Origin: Myxococcales bacterium
Lineage (GTDB): Bacteria > Myxococcota_A > Polyangia > Polyangiales > DASUME01
Direction: 5' to 3'
DNA: 64,000 nucleotides
Assembly (NCBI GenBank): GCA_047601445.1
Contig: JASGJH010000001.1
Coordinates: 8,704,001-8,768,000 of the forward strand
A program made the position numbers and the translations under genes. Shown here piece after piece: positions 23,016-33,159 of this stretch. The notes under the pieces are model-generated. The model searched no databases. It was not told the DNA's origin and was given only the letters and a program-made list of their open reading frames with translations. Position 1 is the first letter of the stretch, and each line of letters starts with the position of its first letter.

Positions 23016-23306
23016 AACCCCACTCGCTTGCCGGATGTTTTACGTTCGTTCGCAGGCGCTGCGACGACTGGCCGCAGGTCGAAAGCGCGCGGTCTCGCGC
23101 GCGAGCAAAAACCCGGCTCTAAACGGCCGGACCTTACCCCGGAAGGGCCCTCCTTGCTAGCGCGAGAACCGACCCTACATGCAGGCGAGAGTACACCCAA
23201 TATTTCTAGTCTTTTTCGAATATTTCCGCGTATATGCCCTGACGTGGAATGCCGCAGTGCGGCATGTCTCCGTTTGGCTCACGCACGTGCTTTCGGAGGA
23301 GTTTTC

Positions 23307-23684
23307 ATGCATCGAACGTTCTTGACGCTGGCGGCGGTATTCGGTTGCCTGGCCGTGGGTTTGGGAGCGTTCGGCGCTCACGGTCTTGCGGGGCGCATGG
23401 CCGCCCTGCCCGACGGGGCGCAGCGGCTCGAGTGGTGGAAGACGGCCGCGCTGTACCACCTGATGCACGCACTAGCGTTGGCACTCGCCGCAGGCCTGCT
23501 CGGTGAGGCGCGGGCGGGGCGCGTAGCCTGCTTCGCCTTCAGCATCGGCATCCTGCTCTTTTCCGGCAGCCTGTACACGATGACCCTGACCGGCGTTCGC
23601 GTGCTCGGCGCCGTGACGCCGTTCGGGGGACTCTCGCTGATGGTGGGCTGGCTCGCGATGGCGGTGGCCGCGTACCGACCTTGA
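23307..23684 (+). CDS. DUF423 (YgdD/TMEM256-like) membrane protein
   Basis: LGAFGAHGL, LFSGSLY, GAVTPFGG; GGAGGAG SD. Confidence 0.9.
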   Translation: MHRTFLTLAAVFGCLAVGLGAFGAHGLAGRMAALPDGAQRLEWWKTAALYHLMHALALALAAGLLGEARAGRVACFAFSIGILLFSGSLYTMTLTGVRVLGAVTPFGGLSLMVGWLAMAVAAYRP

Positions 23685-23726
23685 GTCTGGGAGCCCAGCG
23701 CGGCCGGTCGAGCGCGCCTGACCGGG

Positions 23727-24533
23727 TCAGCCGCCGCGCAGAAGGCGCTGGGCGGCTTGGCGTACCGTGGTCGGGTAGGCGGTCTGCTGGGGCACCAGCT
23801 TGAGCTCACGCGCGCTGAGGCAACGCAGCACCTTGAGGGCGCTGTCGGTGGGAAGGCGCGGGTTGGCCAGCAAGGCGCGGCGTACGACGGGCAGGCGGAT
23901 CCATTGCTCGTTGTTGGCGATGAGCTCGAGCAGGGGGCGCGGCAGGGTGCCTTTGCGCGCCATGGCGGCCACCTCGGGCACGCTGATACGCGGATTATGC
24001 AGGAGCATCTCCCACACCACGTTGCCGTAGATGCGCTCCAGCAGGACGCGATCTTCGAGTACCGGGCCCTGGGCCACCTTCATGCGGGCCGCGGCGGGCA
24101 GATTGCGCAGCCGGTCGCGGCGTTCTTGGCTCAGGTTCAGACGCGGGCGCGGCGTGCCCTCGGCATCGGGCTCATCGAACTCGGCGAGCTCGTCGAGTGG
24201 GGATTCCCCCTCGAGTTCGTGGGACTCGAGGTCGGGACACGAGGGCTCGGCGGCGACGAATGCCTGCAGCGAGGCCCGCGCTTGCTCGCCGCGATCGGTG
24301 AACTGCACGGCCACGCCGGCCATCGGTCCCTCGGCCTGCACCATCACGACTTCACAGGCGATGTGGAGCTGGTCCGGCAGTTCTGGGTGCTGCAGCACGA
24401 GCGTGCACGGGCTGAACAGCTCGAAGCCTTTGGCGCCGCCCACGAAGGCCCGTCCGTGCGCGAGGTTCGCACCTAGCTCGCGCAGGAGTGCCGCGCGGTC
24501 GGGGAAGCTCAGGTAGAGGGTGCTGCCCGGCAT
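23727..24533 (-). CDS. Hypothetical protein with a PilZ-like N-terminal domain and helical-repeat C-terminal domain
   Basis: NLAHGRAFV..CEVV..GVAVQF (PilZ-like); LLHNPRIS..VRRALLANPRLP repeats. Confidence 0.7.
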   Translation of the reverse strand: MPGSTLYLSFPDRAALLRELGANLAHGRAFVGGAKGFELFSPCTLVLQHPELPDQLHIACEVVMVQAEGPMAGVAVQFTDRGEQARASLQAFVAAEPSCPDLESHELEGESPLDELAEFDEPDAEGTPRPRLNLSQERRDRLRNLPAAARMKVAQGPVLEDRVLLERIYGNVVWEMLLHNPRISVPEVAAMARKGTLPRPLLELIANNEQWIRLPVVRRALLANPRLPTDSALKVLRCLSARELKLVPQQTAYPTTVRQAAQRLLRGG

Positions 24534-24673
24534 GGCTACCTCGCTAGCGGGGGAGCCGAGGGCTCCCGAAATAGCGACCCTCGACGCAGCGGCAGCCGCG
24601 TCGAGTGCTCAGGCTAACACAGGCCCCAGCGGGCGCGGAATTCGTGTGGGGCGCGGCCTCAGCGCCGAGGCGC

Positions 24674-25759
24674 TCAGTGCGGCGAGCCCATGCCCTGCGC
24701 CCCCAGCTGCTGCTGGAGCTGGCGCAGCAGCTCGGGCGGGATTTGCTGCCCGCCGCCACCCGCCATGTCCGGCATCTCGGGCGCGGCCGGGGCTGCTCCT
24801 TCCTTCTTTTCGGGTTCCTGGAAGGCGCTGGCGTCGCTGCTGAAGCGATCGGCGGTGAACTTGGAGATCTTGAAGATGACGGGATTGCCCACGAGTCGCA
24901 GGGCGGTCTCGCCGGCTGCGCCGTCGGCCTTGCCGAGCTCGAGCGTGGCCTTGCTGCCGTCGGCCTTGGTGAGCTCGACCGTGGCGCTGGGGGTGCTGAG
25001 CCCGGCCGACTCCGGCGTCGCGTCCGGAGCCGCGAAATCGCTGGCGCGCAGCCGGGCGAAGGTGGAGCTCAAGCTCTGCACTTTGGCGTCGGAGTAGCGC
25101 TCGATGGGCTTCTCCTTCTTGGCCAGCACCTGGGTCCATTTGCCCTCGGGTCCAGCAGCCTTCTCGAACTTGAAGGTGCCCTTGGGCGAGTTGATGCTCA
25201 GGCCCGTGAGGTCCTTCGAGTCGATATCGAGGATCACGCGATCGCGGAAGCTCTTGAGGTCCTTGTCGAACGCATAGCGAATGGCGCCCTTGACGCTCAC
25301 CACCGCGTCTTGGCCCTCGCTGCGCACCATCGTGCTTCCGCTCTTGGTGGCGCCCAAGTAGAGGTCGGCGATTTGCTTATCGCCCTGCTTCACCTTCACG
25401 TGCAGGGCCTGGGCGGCGTCGACCTCGAGCCGCGCGTGGTTCTCCTTGCGGGTGGCGGTGACACCAGTGACCTCGAGCTCGGCGAGCTTCTCGAGCAACG
25501 CGTCCACGGCGCTCTGATCGGCCTTGGCCGCGAGCGGCGCGCTGATGCTCCAGCCGCCTTCGGCCTTGCTCAGCGTCACGTTGCCCTTCTTGGGGTTGTC
25601 GATCTCGACGCTGGTGATCTCGTCCTTCTTGATGGTCGGCAGGCTGACCTGGGGCTTCTCGATGGTGGTCTCGGCCTCGCGCGAGCGCACCGCAGCAGCG
25701 GCGGCCCCACCCAGGCCAAGGAAAACGATCACGGCGATCAACAGGCGGTTCTTGTTCAC
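24674..25759 (-). CDS. DUF4340-type periplasmic protein of the Gld-like ABC cluster
   Basis: N-terminal TM helix, duplicated domain (ADQSAVDALL / DAKVQSLSS), position after the GldG-like gene. Confidence 0.75.
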   Translation of the reverse strand: MNKNRLLIAVIVFLGLGGAAAAAVRSREAETTIEKPQVSLPTIKKDEITSVEIDNPKKGNVTLSKAEGGWSISAPLAAKADQSAVDALLEKLAELEVTGVTATRKENHARLEVDAAQALHVKVKQGDKQIADLYLGATKSGSTMVRSEGQDAVVSVKGAIRYAFDKDLKSFRDRVILDIDSKDLTGLSINSPKGTFKFEKAAGPEGKWTQVLAKKEKPIERYSDAKVQSLSSTFARLRASDFAAPDATPESAGLSTPSATVELTKADGSKATLELGKADGAAGETALRLVGNPVIFKISKFTADRFSSDASAFQEPEKKEGAAPAAPEMPDMAGGGGQQIPPELLRQLQQQLGAQGMGSPH

Positions 25760-25790
25760 GGTAGTCCTCTCGGCGCGTCGCGGACAGGCG

Positions 25791-27518
25791 TCAAAGGGCG
25801 ATGTTCTTGCGCTTCTTCTTGCGCGACTGCCAGCGCAAGAGGCCGAAGCCCAGCAGCAAGAGGGGCATCAGAGCCACGTTGAGGAGCTTGTAGCGACCCT
25901 TGGCCTGATCCCAGTTGTCGAGGGCGCTCTTGCGCTTGTCGAGCGCGGCTTGGGCACCGCTCTCGTCGCCCTGCTTGGCGGCGTCCTTGATCTCGGCTTC
26001 GGCCTCTTTCACGGTGGCCGGCACTTCGATGAGCGGGTCCTCCACGCTCTTGGCGCGCACGGCGATGAGCGCGTCTTCCTGGGCCAACCAATCGATGGCG
26101 TTGAGGCCGAAGGCGATGGTGCTGTTGATCTCGCGCTCGCCGCTGCGGCCGGGCGGCGGCAAGAACTCGTCGCGCAGAAAGCCGCTCGAGCCCACCACCA
26201 GGACGTGCACGGGAACGGCGGCCCGCTCGGGTCCACGCGGTCCCTGGGGCGCGGCGCCCTCGGCGCTGCTCACCGCTTCGGCGCGGAAGGCCGAAGGCAA
26301 CTTGCCCTCCACGGCGATGGCCACCGGGAACGGACCGCGGTCTTGTCCCAGGACCCACTCGCGCGGATGGCGCGGCTTGAGGTCGATGGACTCGCCGCCG
26401 AGCAGCCAGGAGTTCTTGGTGGTGCGGGCGAGCACCGTGACCTTGGCGTCCTTGTCCGCCTTGAGCTCGCCGGTCTCCTTGAGCTCGGCGCCGAAGGGTA
26501 GATACACCTGGTCGAGCTTGTAGCTCGCAGGGTGCTTCGACTGCTCGTCGTCGAACGCGATGACGGGCACGGGCGGGAACGCCACGGGCAGCTGGATGCC
26601 GAACTGGGTGCGCAGGGGCGCCTGGCCGCACTGTGCGTCGGCCACCACGTGGTTGCCGAGCTTCACGCCCCACTTCTCGAGCAGACGATTGAGGCCGCTC
26701 TCCACGGGCGTGGCCGTGAGCTCGGCCTGCTCCTGCTTGACCTTGAGCGAACCGCCGAACACGCCGAGGCTGCCTCCGTTCATCACGTAGGCGTCGATGT
26801 TGCGCAACTCGTCGTCGGTGAGGGGCGTCTCGGGGGCCACCACGAGCAGCGCCTGGAGCGCCTTGTCGATGGAGTTGGCCGCACTGACCTCGACCATGTC
26901 GTAGGTGGGCAAGAGCTGCTTCAGTGCCGTCAGGCCCTGGGCCAGGGTGGCGCCCTCGTGGCCGGTAAGCACGCCGATCTTGGTCTTCTCGCCGGCAAGC
27001 TCGCGCAGCGTCTGAGTGATGTCGTACTCGAGGCCTTCGGTACCGGAGACGGCGGCGATGGCGCGCCGCTCACCGAGGTAGTTGAAGACGATGCCGCGGT
27101 AGCCTTCCACCACCTGCACTGCGTCGTTCTCGATCTTCTGGTGCGCCACGCGCTGCACACCCTCGGCCTCGGCCTGCTTCGCCAGCTCCTCGGATTCCGC
27201 GGGGTTCACGAAGCGGAGCTTGAGCTTGCCCTTGGAAGCCGCCGCGTACTCCTCGAGCAAGTCGCGCACGTAGCGCTCGGTCGCGTTGAAGGGCGGCGGC
27301 AGGTCCTTGGTGAAGTAGGCGGTGACCTCGAGGTTGTCCTCGAGGCCGGCCACGGCGCGCTTGCTGCCGTCCGACAGCGAGAAGAGCTTGTTCTTGGTCA
27401 CATCGATGCGACCGAAGAAGAACACGCCGAGCACGTTGAGCAGAACCAGGATGCCAGCGACGGCGCCGAGGAAGGCGATCGATTCGGTGGCGGCACGGGT
27501 GCGTTTGTTCATCGCCAT
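25791..27518 (-). CDS. GldG-like ABC transporter auxiliary component
   Basis: RIDVTKNKLFSLS, DLLEEYA, GVLTGHEG, LNAIDWL, C-terminal TM helix. Confidence 0.88.
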   Translation of the reverse strand: MAMNKRTRAATESIAFLGAVAGILVLLNVLGVFFFGRIDVTKNKLFSLSDGSKRAVAGLEDNLEVTAYFTKDLPPPFNATERYVRDLLEEYAAASKGKLKLRFVNPAESEELAKQAEAEGVQRVAHQKIENDAVQVVEGYRGIVFNYLGERRAIAAVSGTEGLEYDITQTLRELAGEKTKIGVLTGHEGATLAQGLTALKQLLPTYDMVEVSAANSIDKALQALLVVAPETPLTDDELRNIDAYVMNGGSLGVFGGSLKVKQEQAELTATPVESGLNRLLEKWGVKLGNHVVADAQCGQAPLRTQFGIQLPVAFPPVPVIAFDDEQSKHPASYKLDQVYLPFGAELKETGELKADKDAKVTVLARTTKNSWLLGGESIDLKPRHPREWVLGQDRGPFPVAIAVEGKLPSAFRAEAVSSAEGAAPQGPRGPERAAVPVHVLVVGSSGFLRDEFLPPPGRSGEREINSTIAFGLNAIDWLAQEDALIAVRAKSVEDPLIEVPATVKEAEAEIKDAAKQGDESGAQAALDKRKSALDNWDQAKGRYKLLNVALMPLLLLGFGLLRWQSRKKKRKNIAL

Positions 27519-27525
27519 GGCTATC

Positions 27526-28236
27526 TCACTTCCAACGACGGCTTTCGAGGGATCGGAACGCAAGCCCGAGGCTCAGCGCGATCACGGTCAGGAAGAACAA
27601 CAAGTCGCGCGTGTCGACGACGCCGCGCTCCATGCTGTTGGCGTGGTAGCCGAAGGAGAGCCACTCGAACACGGAGGCACTGCCCTCGGGCAAGAAGTAG
27701 AGGAACTTACCGATCAGGCCGAAGAAGCCGCAGATGCCCAGGCCCACCACCAGCGCCACGAGCTGGTTGTTGGTCCAGCTCGAGCTCATCACGCCGATAG
27801 CCAGGAAGGCGGCGCCCGACAGGAACAGCCCGAGGTAACCGGCAGCTGCCGCGCCCCAGTCGAGCGGTCCGAGGCTCGCCACGGAAAAGGCCTGGGGCAA
27901 GGTGAGCGCGAGCAGGATGGCGAACATCCCGACTGCACCCAGGTACTTGCCCACGATGACCTCCGCATCGCGCACGGGGTAGGTGATCAAGAGCTCGAGG
28001 GTGCCGGTGCGCTTCTCCTCGGCGATCAGGCCCATGGTGAGCGCGGGCGCCGCGATGGCGCTCAAGGTGAAGGCCCAGAAGAAGAACTGGCGGAGCGATG
28101 CGCGCTGTTCGAGGAAGAAGCTGTTCCAGAACAGGATGCCGGTCAGCACCAGGAACAAGCAGCCCACGATGTAGGCCGCCGGGCTGTTGAAGTAGCTGCG
28201 AAACTCGCGGCGCGCGATGGTCAGGGTGTTCTGCAT
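27526..28236 (-). CDS. GldF-like ABC-2 permease
   Basis: IARREFRSYFNSPAAY, EEKRTGTLELL, GKYLG. Confidence 0.9.
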   Translation of the reverse strand: MQNTLTIARREFRSYFNSPAAYIVGCLFLVLTGILFWNSFFLEQRASLRQFFFWAFTLSAIAAPALTMGLIAEEKRTGTLELLITYPVRDAEVIVGKYLGAVGMFAILLALTLPQAFSVASLGPLDWGAAAAGYLGLFLSGAAFLAIGVMSSSWTNNQLVALVVGLGICGFFGLIGKFLYFLPEGSASVFEWLSFGYHANSMERGVVDTRDLLFFLTVIALSLGLAFRSLESRRWK

Positions 28237-28238
28237 GT

Positions 28239-29192
<954 letters not shown>

Positions 29193-29425
29193 CGCTGACC
29201 CCACCCCTGTCGAAGCGCGCGTTTGCGCGCGAGCAATCCACTGTTGTCAGACATGAGGCACGCCCATCGGGGTGCGCCTCGCCAACTCGGCCGCGCGACG
29301 ATACTTGGCGTCGCTGGGCTGTCAACAACCGGGGTAGGGCATCAAGACCCACCGGGTCGTGCGCACAAACGCCGATGGTTCGGGCTTATTCCAGCGGTCG
29401 CAGCGGATTTTTTCGAGAGCGCCCC

Positions 29426-30412
29426 TTAGTGCACGTAGGACCAGTCGACCTCGGGTACGAGCTCCAGGTGAACGTGGTTCTGGTGGGCGCGATCGTGGTG
29501 TGGGGTGATCACCACCTGGAAGAGGTCGCGCTCGACGGCATCGCACACGATCTTGCGCAGCAGTTTGCCCTTCTCCTCTTCGCTGCGCCGCACGGGGCAG
29601 GGATCGCCGCCCCGCTCACGCTCATCCCAGTCGAGATCCACGTCCAGCACGGTGCCGTCTCGCATGTGAAAACGTGCGGCGTCGATGGCCAGGGCCCGCG
29701 CGTGTCCACTCGAGCGGCGGCTCGCGCGCACCCGCGCACCCGGCCTGTAGGTGGAATAGTGCTCCACCTTCACCACGCCGGCCTCCTGCAGAGAGGGCGC
29801 CCAGGCGAGCAGCGCAACGGCCAGGCGGCAGTCCACCATGCCGTGCTCGGAGGCCCCATTTTTCGGCCCAAAACTCACGCCTTCCAGCGGGGACAGCAGA
29901 TACACGGGCTCGGCCACGTGGGGCGCCGCGTCGTCGGGCACCGACTCGAAGCGCACACCCGCACGGTCGAGCAGGCGCCGGCATTCACCAGGATGCAGTG
30001 AGGCGATGTCGCGGCCGCTCGGGAGGTTCGTACTGGCCACGCGCACGCGCATGGGGGACGGGGCGTCTCGTCGATCGGAGGAGGCGATCTGGACGTCGCT
30101 GGCTCGCGCCTTGGGCAAGCTGCGCGCGCCGTAGCGAGAGCCCGCGTAGGGGCAGCAGGCGCACAGGCTCACGAGCAGCCCGAGCAAGAGATGGAAGCGC
30201 GACGCTCCCTGAGTTAGCGCGCGGACCTTCGTGAGCGCAGCGAACCTCGCGGAGGGGTGGACCCCGGGGTGTCGTGAGCGCAGCGAACCTCGCGGTGAGG
30301 TGGGCCCCGGCGCGGCTTCGCCGCGACGGGCGGGGAGGTCGGGTGACCTCCCCGAAAAAAGTCGCGACGGGCCGGAAGGGCGCGTGCCCTCCCCGAACAT
30401 AGAGCGGACCAT
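29426..30412 (-). CDS. Extensin-like C-terminal domain (lipo)protein; 5' end carries an in-frame repeat
   Basis: SGHARALAID, ITPHHDRAHQNHVHLE; hydrophobic LLLGLLVSLCAC after the repeat. Confidence 0.8.
   Translation of the reverse strand: MVRSMFGEGTRPSGPSRLFSGRSPDLPARRGEAAPGPTSPRGSLRSRHPGVHPSARFAALTKVRALTQGASRFHLLLGLLVSLCACCPYAGSRYGARSLPKARASDVQIASSDRRDAPSPMRVRVASTNLPSGRDIASLHPGECRRLLDRAGVRFESVPDDAAPHVAEPVYLLSPLEGVSFGPKNGASEHGMVDCRLAVALLAWAPSLQEAGVVKVEHYSTYRPGARVRASRRSSGHARALAIDAARFHMRDGTVLDVDLDWDERERGGDPCPVRRSEEEKGKLLRKIVCDAVERDLFQVVITPHHDRAHQNHVHLELVPEVDWSYVH
30228..30403. repeat. REP/BIME-like palindromic repeat cluster (copy B)
   Basis: Two GTGAGCGCAGCGAACCTCGCGG modules (30231, 30274), GTGGGCCCC hairpin, GGGGAGGTC..GACCTCCCC; flanked by GCGGACC direct repeats. 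Confidence 0.8.
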
Positions 30413-30451
30413 GTCCTACATCAGACCCGCTGGGCCCGCACCGGGTCAAAA

Positions 30452-31090
30452 TTAGGGAATTCGCAGCGCTATGGAGGACACGCCGACGCGCCCCGCTGCT
30501 GCGGATTTGTTCAGCAGCTCGGTGATCTGCCGCGTGGGCAGGCCCGGATCGCTCGCCAGCGCGGCGCCCACGCTCTGCAGGCTCTCGTCGCAGAACGCTG
30601 GCAGGGAGCCGGCCACCACCAGATCGCCCGGCTCGGCGCGCTCGCTGCAGAAGCTCGGGCGGGCCTTGAGTAGACCTTCCGCTCGATCTTCGCGCGGGGT
30701 GAGCCGCTTCACCTGGTCGCGCCGACGCAAGTACGCGCGCACCGGCCCCACGCTCAACACGTGCACGTAGCCAGCCTCGACGGCTACGGCCACCAGGCCC
30801 ACGTCACAGCGCCGGCGCTCGACCAGCGCCTCCACGCGCACCTTTAGTCGCGTACCGGCCGCGTCGAGTCCCTGGTGCAGTCGCGTCACCACACGGCCAT
30901 CGTGCGGACGGGCGAGACCTTCCTCGAAGCCCTGGAACGCGGCGTCGAGTCCGTAGCCCCAGAGCCGAGGGGGACCGAGCGCGCTCGCCAAGGCCAGGAT
31001 GGCGCCGTCTTCCAACACGCGAACATCGGTCTGACGAAGTTCACCGCGTGCGACTCCCGCACGATGGGCTGCACACGCGAATTCCATCAT
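30452..31090 (-). CDS. PP2C/PPM-fold protein lacking catalytic aspartates
   Basis: SVGPVRAYLRR..KRLT, EPGDLVVAGS and LALASALG align by eye to PP2C motifs. Confidence 0.65.
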   Translation of the reverse strand: MMEFACAAHRAGVARGELRQTDVRVLEDGAILALASALGPPRLWGYGLDAAFQGFEEGLARPHDGRVVTRLHQGLDAAGTRLKVRVEALVERRRCDVGLVAVAVEAGYVHVLSVGPVRAYLRRRDQVKRLTPREDRAEGLLKARPSFCSERAEPGDLVVAGSLPAFCDESLQSVGAALASDPGLPTRQITELLNKSAAAGRVGVSSIALRIP

Positions 31091-31677
31091 TCGCTCTTGC
31101 TGACCAGGAACTGCAGGCGAAAGCCGGGAACCTGCGCGAGTTGGGCCACCGCGCGTCCGGACTGCGCCGCGGCGGGGAAGTAGTCCCAGCGCGTCTGGGT
31201 GCCCTGCATTTCGACGGCCCGTTGAGAGCCGAGCTGCTCGAGTCCCAGGGCGAAGTCCTTTTCGGCGAAGCCATCGGGGATGTCGCGTGCGGGCACCGAG
31301 ATGGTGGCGGGGCTGGACAACTCGAACTCGGGGGCGATGGCGAGGGTCGGCCCCAGGGGGCGCTCGTGCTCCTTGTTCGAGAATGCGGTGGTACGTGCGC
31401 CCGCGGAGAAGGTGATGGTCACCGGCTCGGCGAGGGCGCCGGCTGGAATCTCGAGGCGCGCTCCGTTGTCTAGCTCGAGGGTTCCTCCAGCGCTGCCGAC
31501 CTCCACGGTGAGCTTGTCACCGCCGCGCTTGTGCACAGGATAGGAGCGTTCCACGGGGGCCGGTGCGGCTGCCTTCGCGGTTTGGGGAGGGGCCTTGTTA
31601 GACGTTCCGCCGCACGCGGCTGACAACAACACAACCAACCCGATAATTTTGTGAGTGGAGTGATGCATGGTCCGCAC
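31087..31677 (-). CDS. Lipoprotein with a ZU5-like domain
   Basis: Lipobox LSAAC; VGSAGGTLEL..ARLEIPAGAL..VTIT. Confidence 0.7.
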   Translation of the reverse strand: MRTMHHSTHKIIGLVVLLSAACGGTSNKAPPQTAKAAAPAPVERSYPVHKRGGDKLTVEVGSAGGTLELDNGARLEIPAGALAEPVTITFSAGARTTAFSNKEHERPLGPTLAIAPEFELSSPATISVPARDIPDGFAEKDFALGLEQLGSQRAVEMQGTQTRWDYFPAAAQSGRAVAQLAQVPGFRLQFLVSKSE

Positions 31678-31809
31678 TCTAGGCCAGCCCGGTAGCCCAG
31701 CTCAAGAGTCCTCCAAGTCGGGTGTGGCGGGGCTGTGCGCGAACCGGCTGCGGAGCCGCGTTCGGCTGTGGCGTGCTGCCACGCGGGGTGTAACGCTGTG
31801 CGAACTGAG

Positions 31810-33159
31810 ATGGGGGGCGGGTTGAGAAAGGACGGGCACCTGCGCGGACTTGCGACACGGGCCGCGGACCGTTTGCGGCCGCCGCTGGCGAGACTCCAGG
31901 AATGGTGTCCCCTCACGCTGCGCGGCGCGGGCGTGCTTGCGTCCTGTGGTTTTGCGCTTTGGCTCTATGGTTTCCAGGCACTAGACCGCGTCTGGTACGT
32001 CGCGGGGGTGGGCCTCATCGGACTGTGTGCCGCGGCGGTGGTGAGTGTCTTGTCGGCCACCCTGCGAATGGGACTCTGGCTCTCGCGTGAGCCGGGACGC
32101 GCCGAGTCGGAGCGCGTTTTCGCCGAGACGCGACAGCCGCTGCAGACGGGGTTTTTGGTGCCGCGCTTGCGTTTCTGGCCCTTCGTGGAGCCGCGCGTCG
32201 AGTGGCTCGATCCCGCGTTCGCGGAGATCGAGGAGGCCCGCGAAGGCAGCCTTTTGACCGAGCAAGTTCGGCTCTGGGACCATGGTGAGATCCGGCGCGT
32301 GACGCGGCGCATCGTGCTGCGCGACGTGTTCGGGCTCTCTAGTGTGGCTCTGCGCAAGCGCGCGAACGTGGACCTGGCGGTGTTGCCCCATGCGGGGTCC
32401 TTGCGAAGCCTGCCCTTGCTGCGCTCCCTGGCCGGCGGCGACGACATGCCGCATCCACTCGGCATCGCGCAGGGCGATCGTCTGGAGCTGCGGCGATACG
32501 CGCCCGGGGACCCGGCGCGCTTCATCCACTGGAAGGTCTACGCCCGAACCCAGAAGCTGGTGGTGCGGATGCCCGAGCGAGCGCTCTCGCGGGCCCACCG
32601 TGTGGCCGCGTTCCTGCTGGCGGGCGAACAAGACGCGGCCAGTGCCGCGGCGGCGCGCGTGGCGCTCGAGGAAGCCGCCTTCGGGACGGACTTCTGTTTC
32701 GGTGCCGACGGTTCACCCGAGCCCGCGCGCAGCCTCGAGCCGGCTTTGTCCTCCATTCGGCGCTCGAGCGGGGCGCGTGAGAGATCGGGGCGCGATCTGG
32801 AGGCGTTCGTGGCCAACGTCGAGAAGCAAGGGCCCGCCAGCTACGTGCTGTTCGTGCCGTCCGTGGCCGGCGAGGGAGTCGAAGCCGTCCGCCGCATGGT
32901 CAGTGCGCAAGGTCACCCGGTGCGCATCGTGATCGGCATCGACGGACTCGAGAACCTGGGCCGCGCGCCCTGGTGGTCGCGCCTCACGCTCCGGGAGAGC
33001 GCGAGCTCTCGGGTGCAGCTCGAGGCCCTGCGCGATTCGATGTCGGCCTACAAGCGCATGAACTGCGATGTCGTCGTGCTGGACCGAGAGAGCGGCCGCG
33101 CGCTCGGCGATGCTCACCTCCAGCACGCGGCGAGGCATGCGCAGGGAGTGGCAGCGTGA
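31810..33159 (+). CDS. DUF58 family protein (start uncertain)
   Basis: Two N-terminal TM helices, DVFGL, LRRYAPGDPARFIHWKVYAR. Confidence 0.88.
   Translation: MGGGLRKDGHLRGLATRAADRLRPPLARLQEWCPLTLRGAGVLASCGFALWLYGFQALDRVWYVAGVGLIGLCAAAVVSVLSATLRMGLWLSREPGRAESERVFAETRQPLQTGFLVPRLRFWPFVEPRVEWLDPAFAEIEEAREGSLLTEQVRLWDHGEIRRVTRRIVLRDVFGLSSVALRKRANVDLAVLPHAGSLRSLPLLRSLAGGDDMPHPLGIAQGDRLELRRYAPGDPARFIHWKVYARTQKLVVRMPERALSRAHRVAAFLLAGEQDAASAAAARVALEEAAFGTDFCFGADGSPEPARSLEPALSSIRRSSGARERSGRDLEAFVANVEKQGPASYVLFVPSVAGEGVEAVRRMVSAQGHPVRIVIGIDGLENLGRAPWWSRLTLRESASSRVQLEALRDSMSAYKRMNCDVVVLDRESGRALGDAHLQHAARHAQGVAA

Noticed and set aside
30231..30300. Two direct repeats resembling a mini-CRISPR
   Set aside because: Only two units, both part of a dispersed palindromic family; no cas genes or unique spacers
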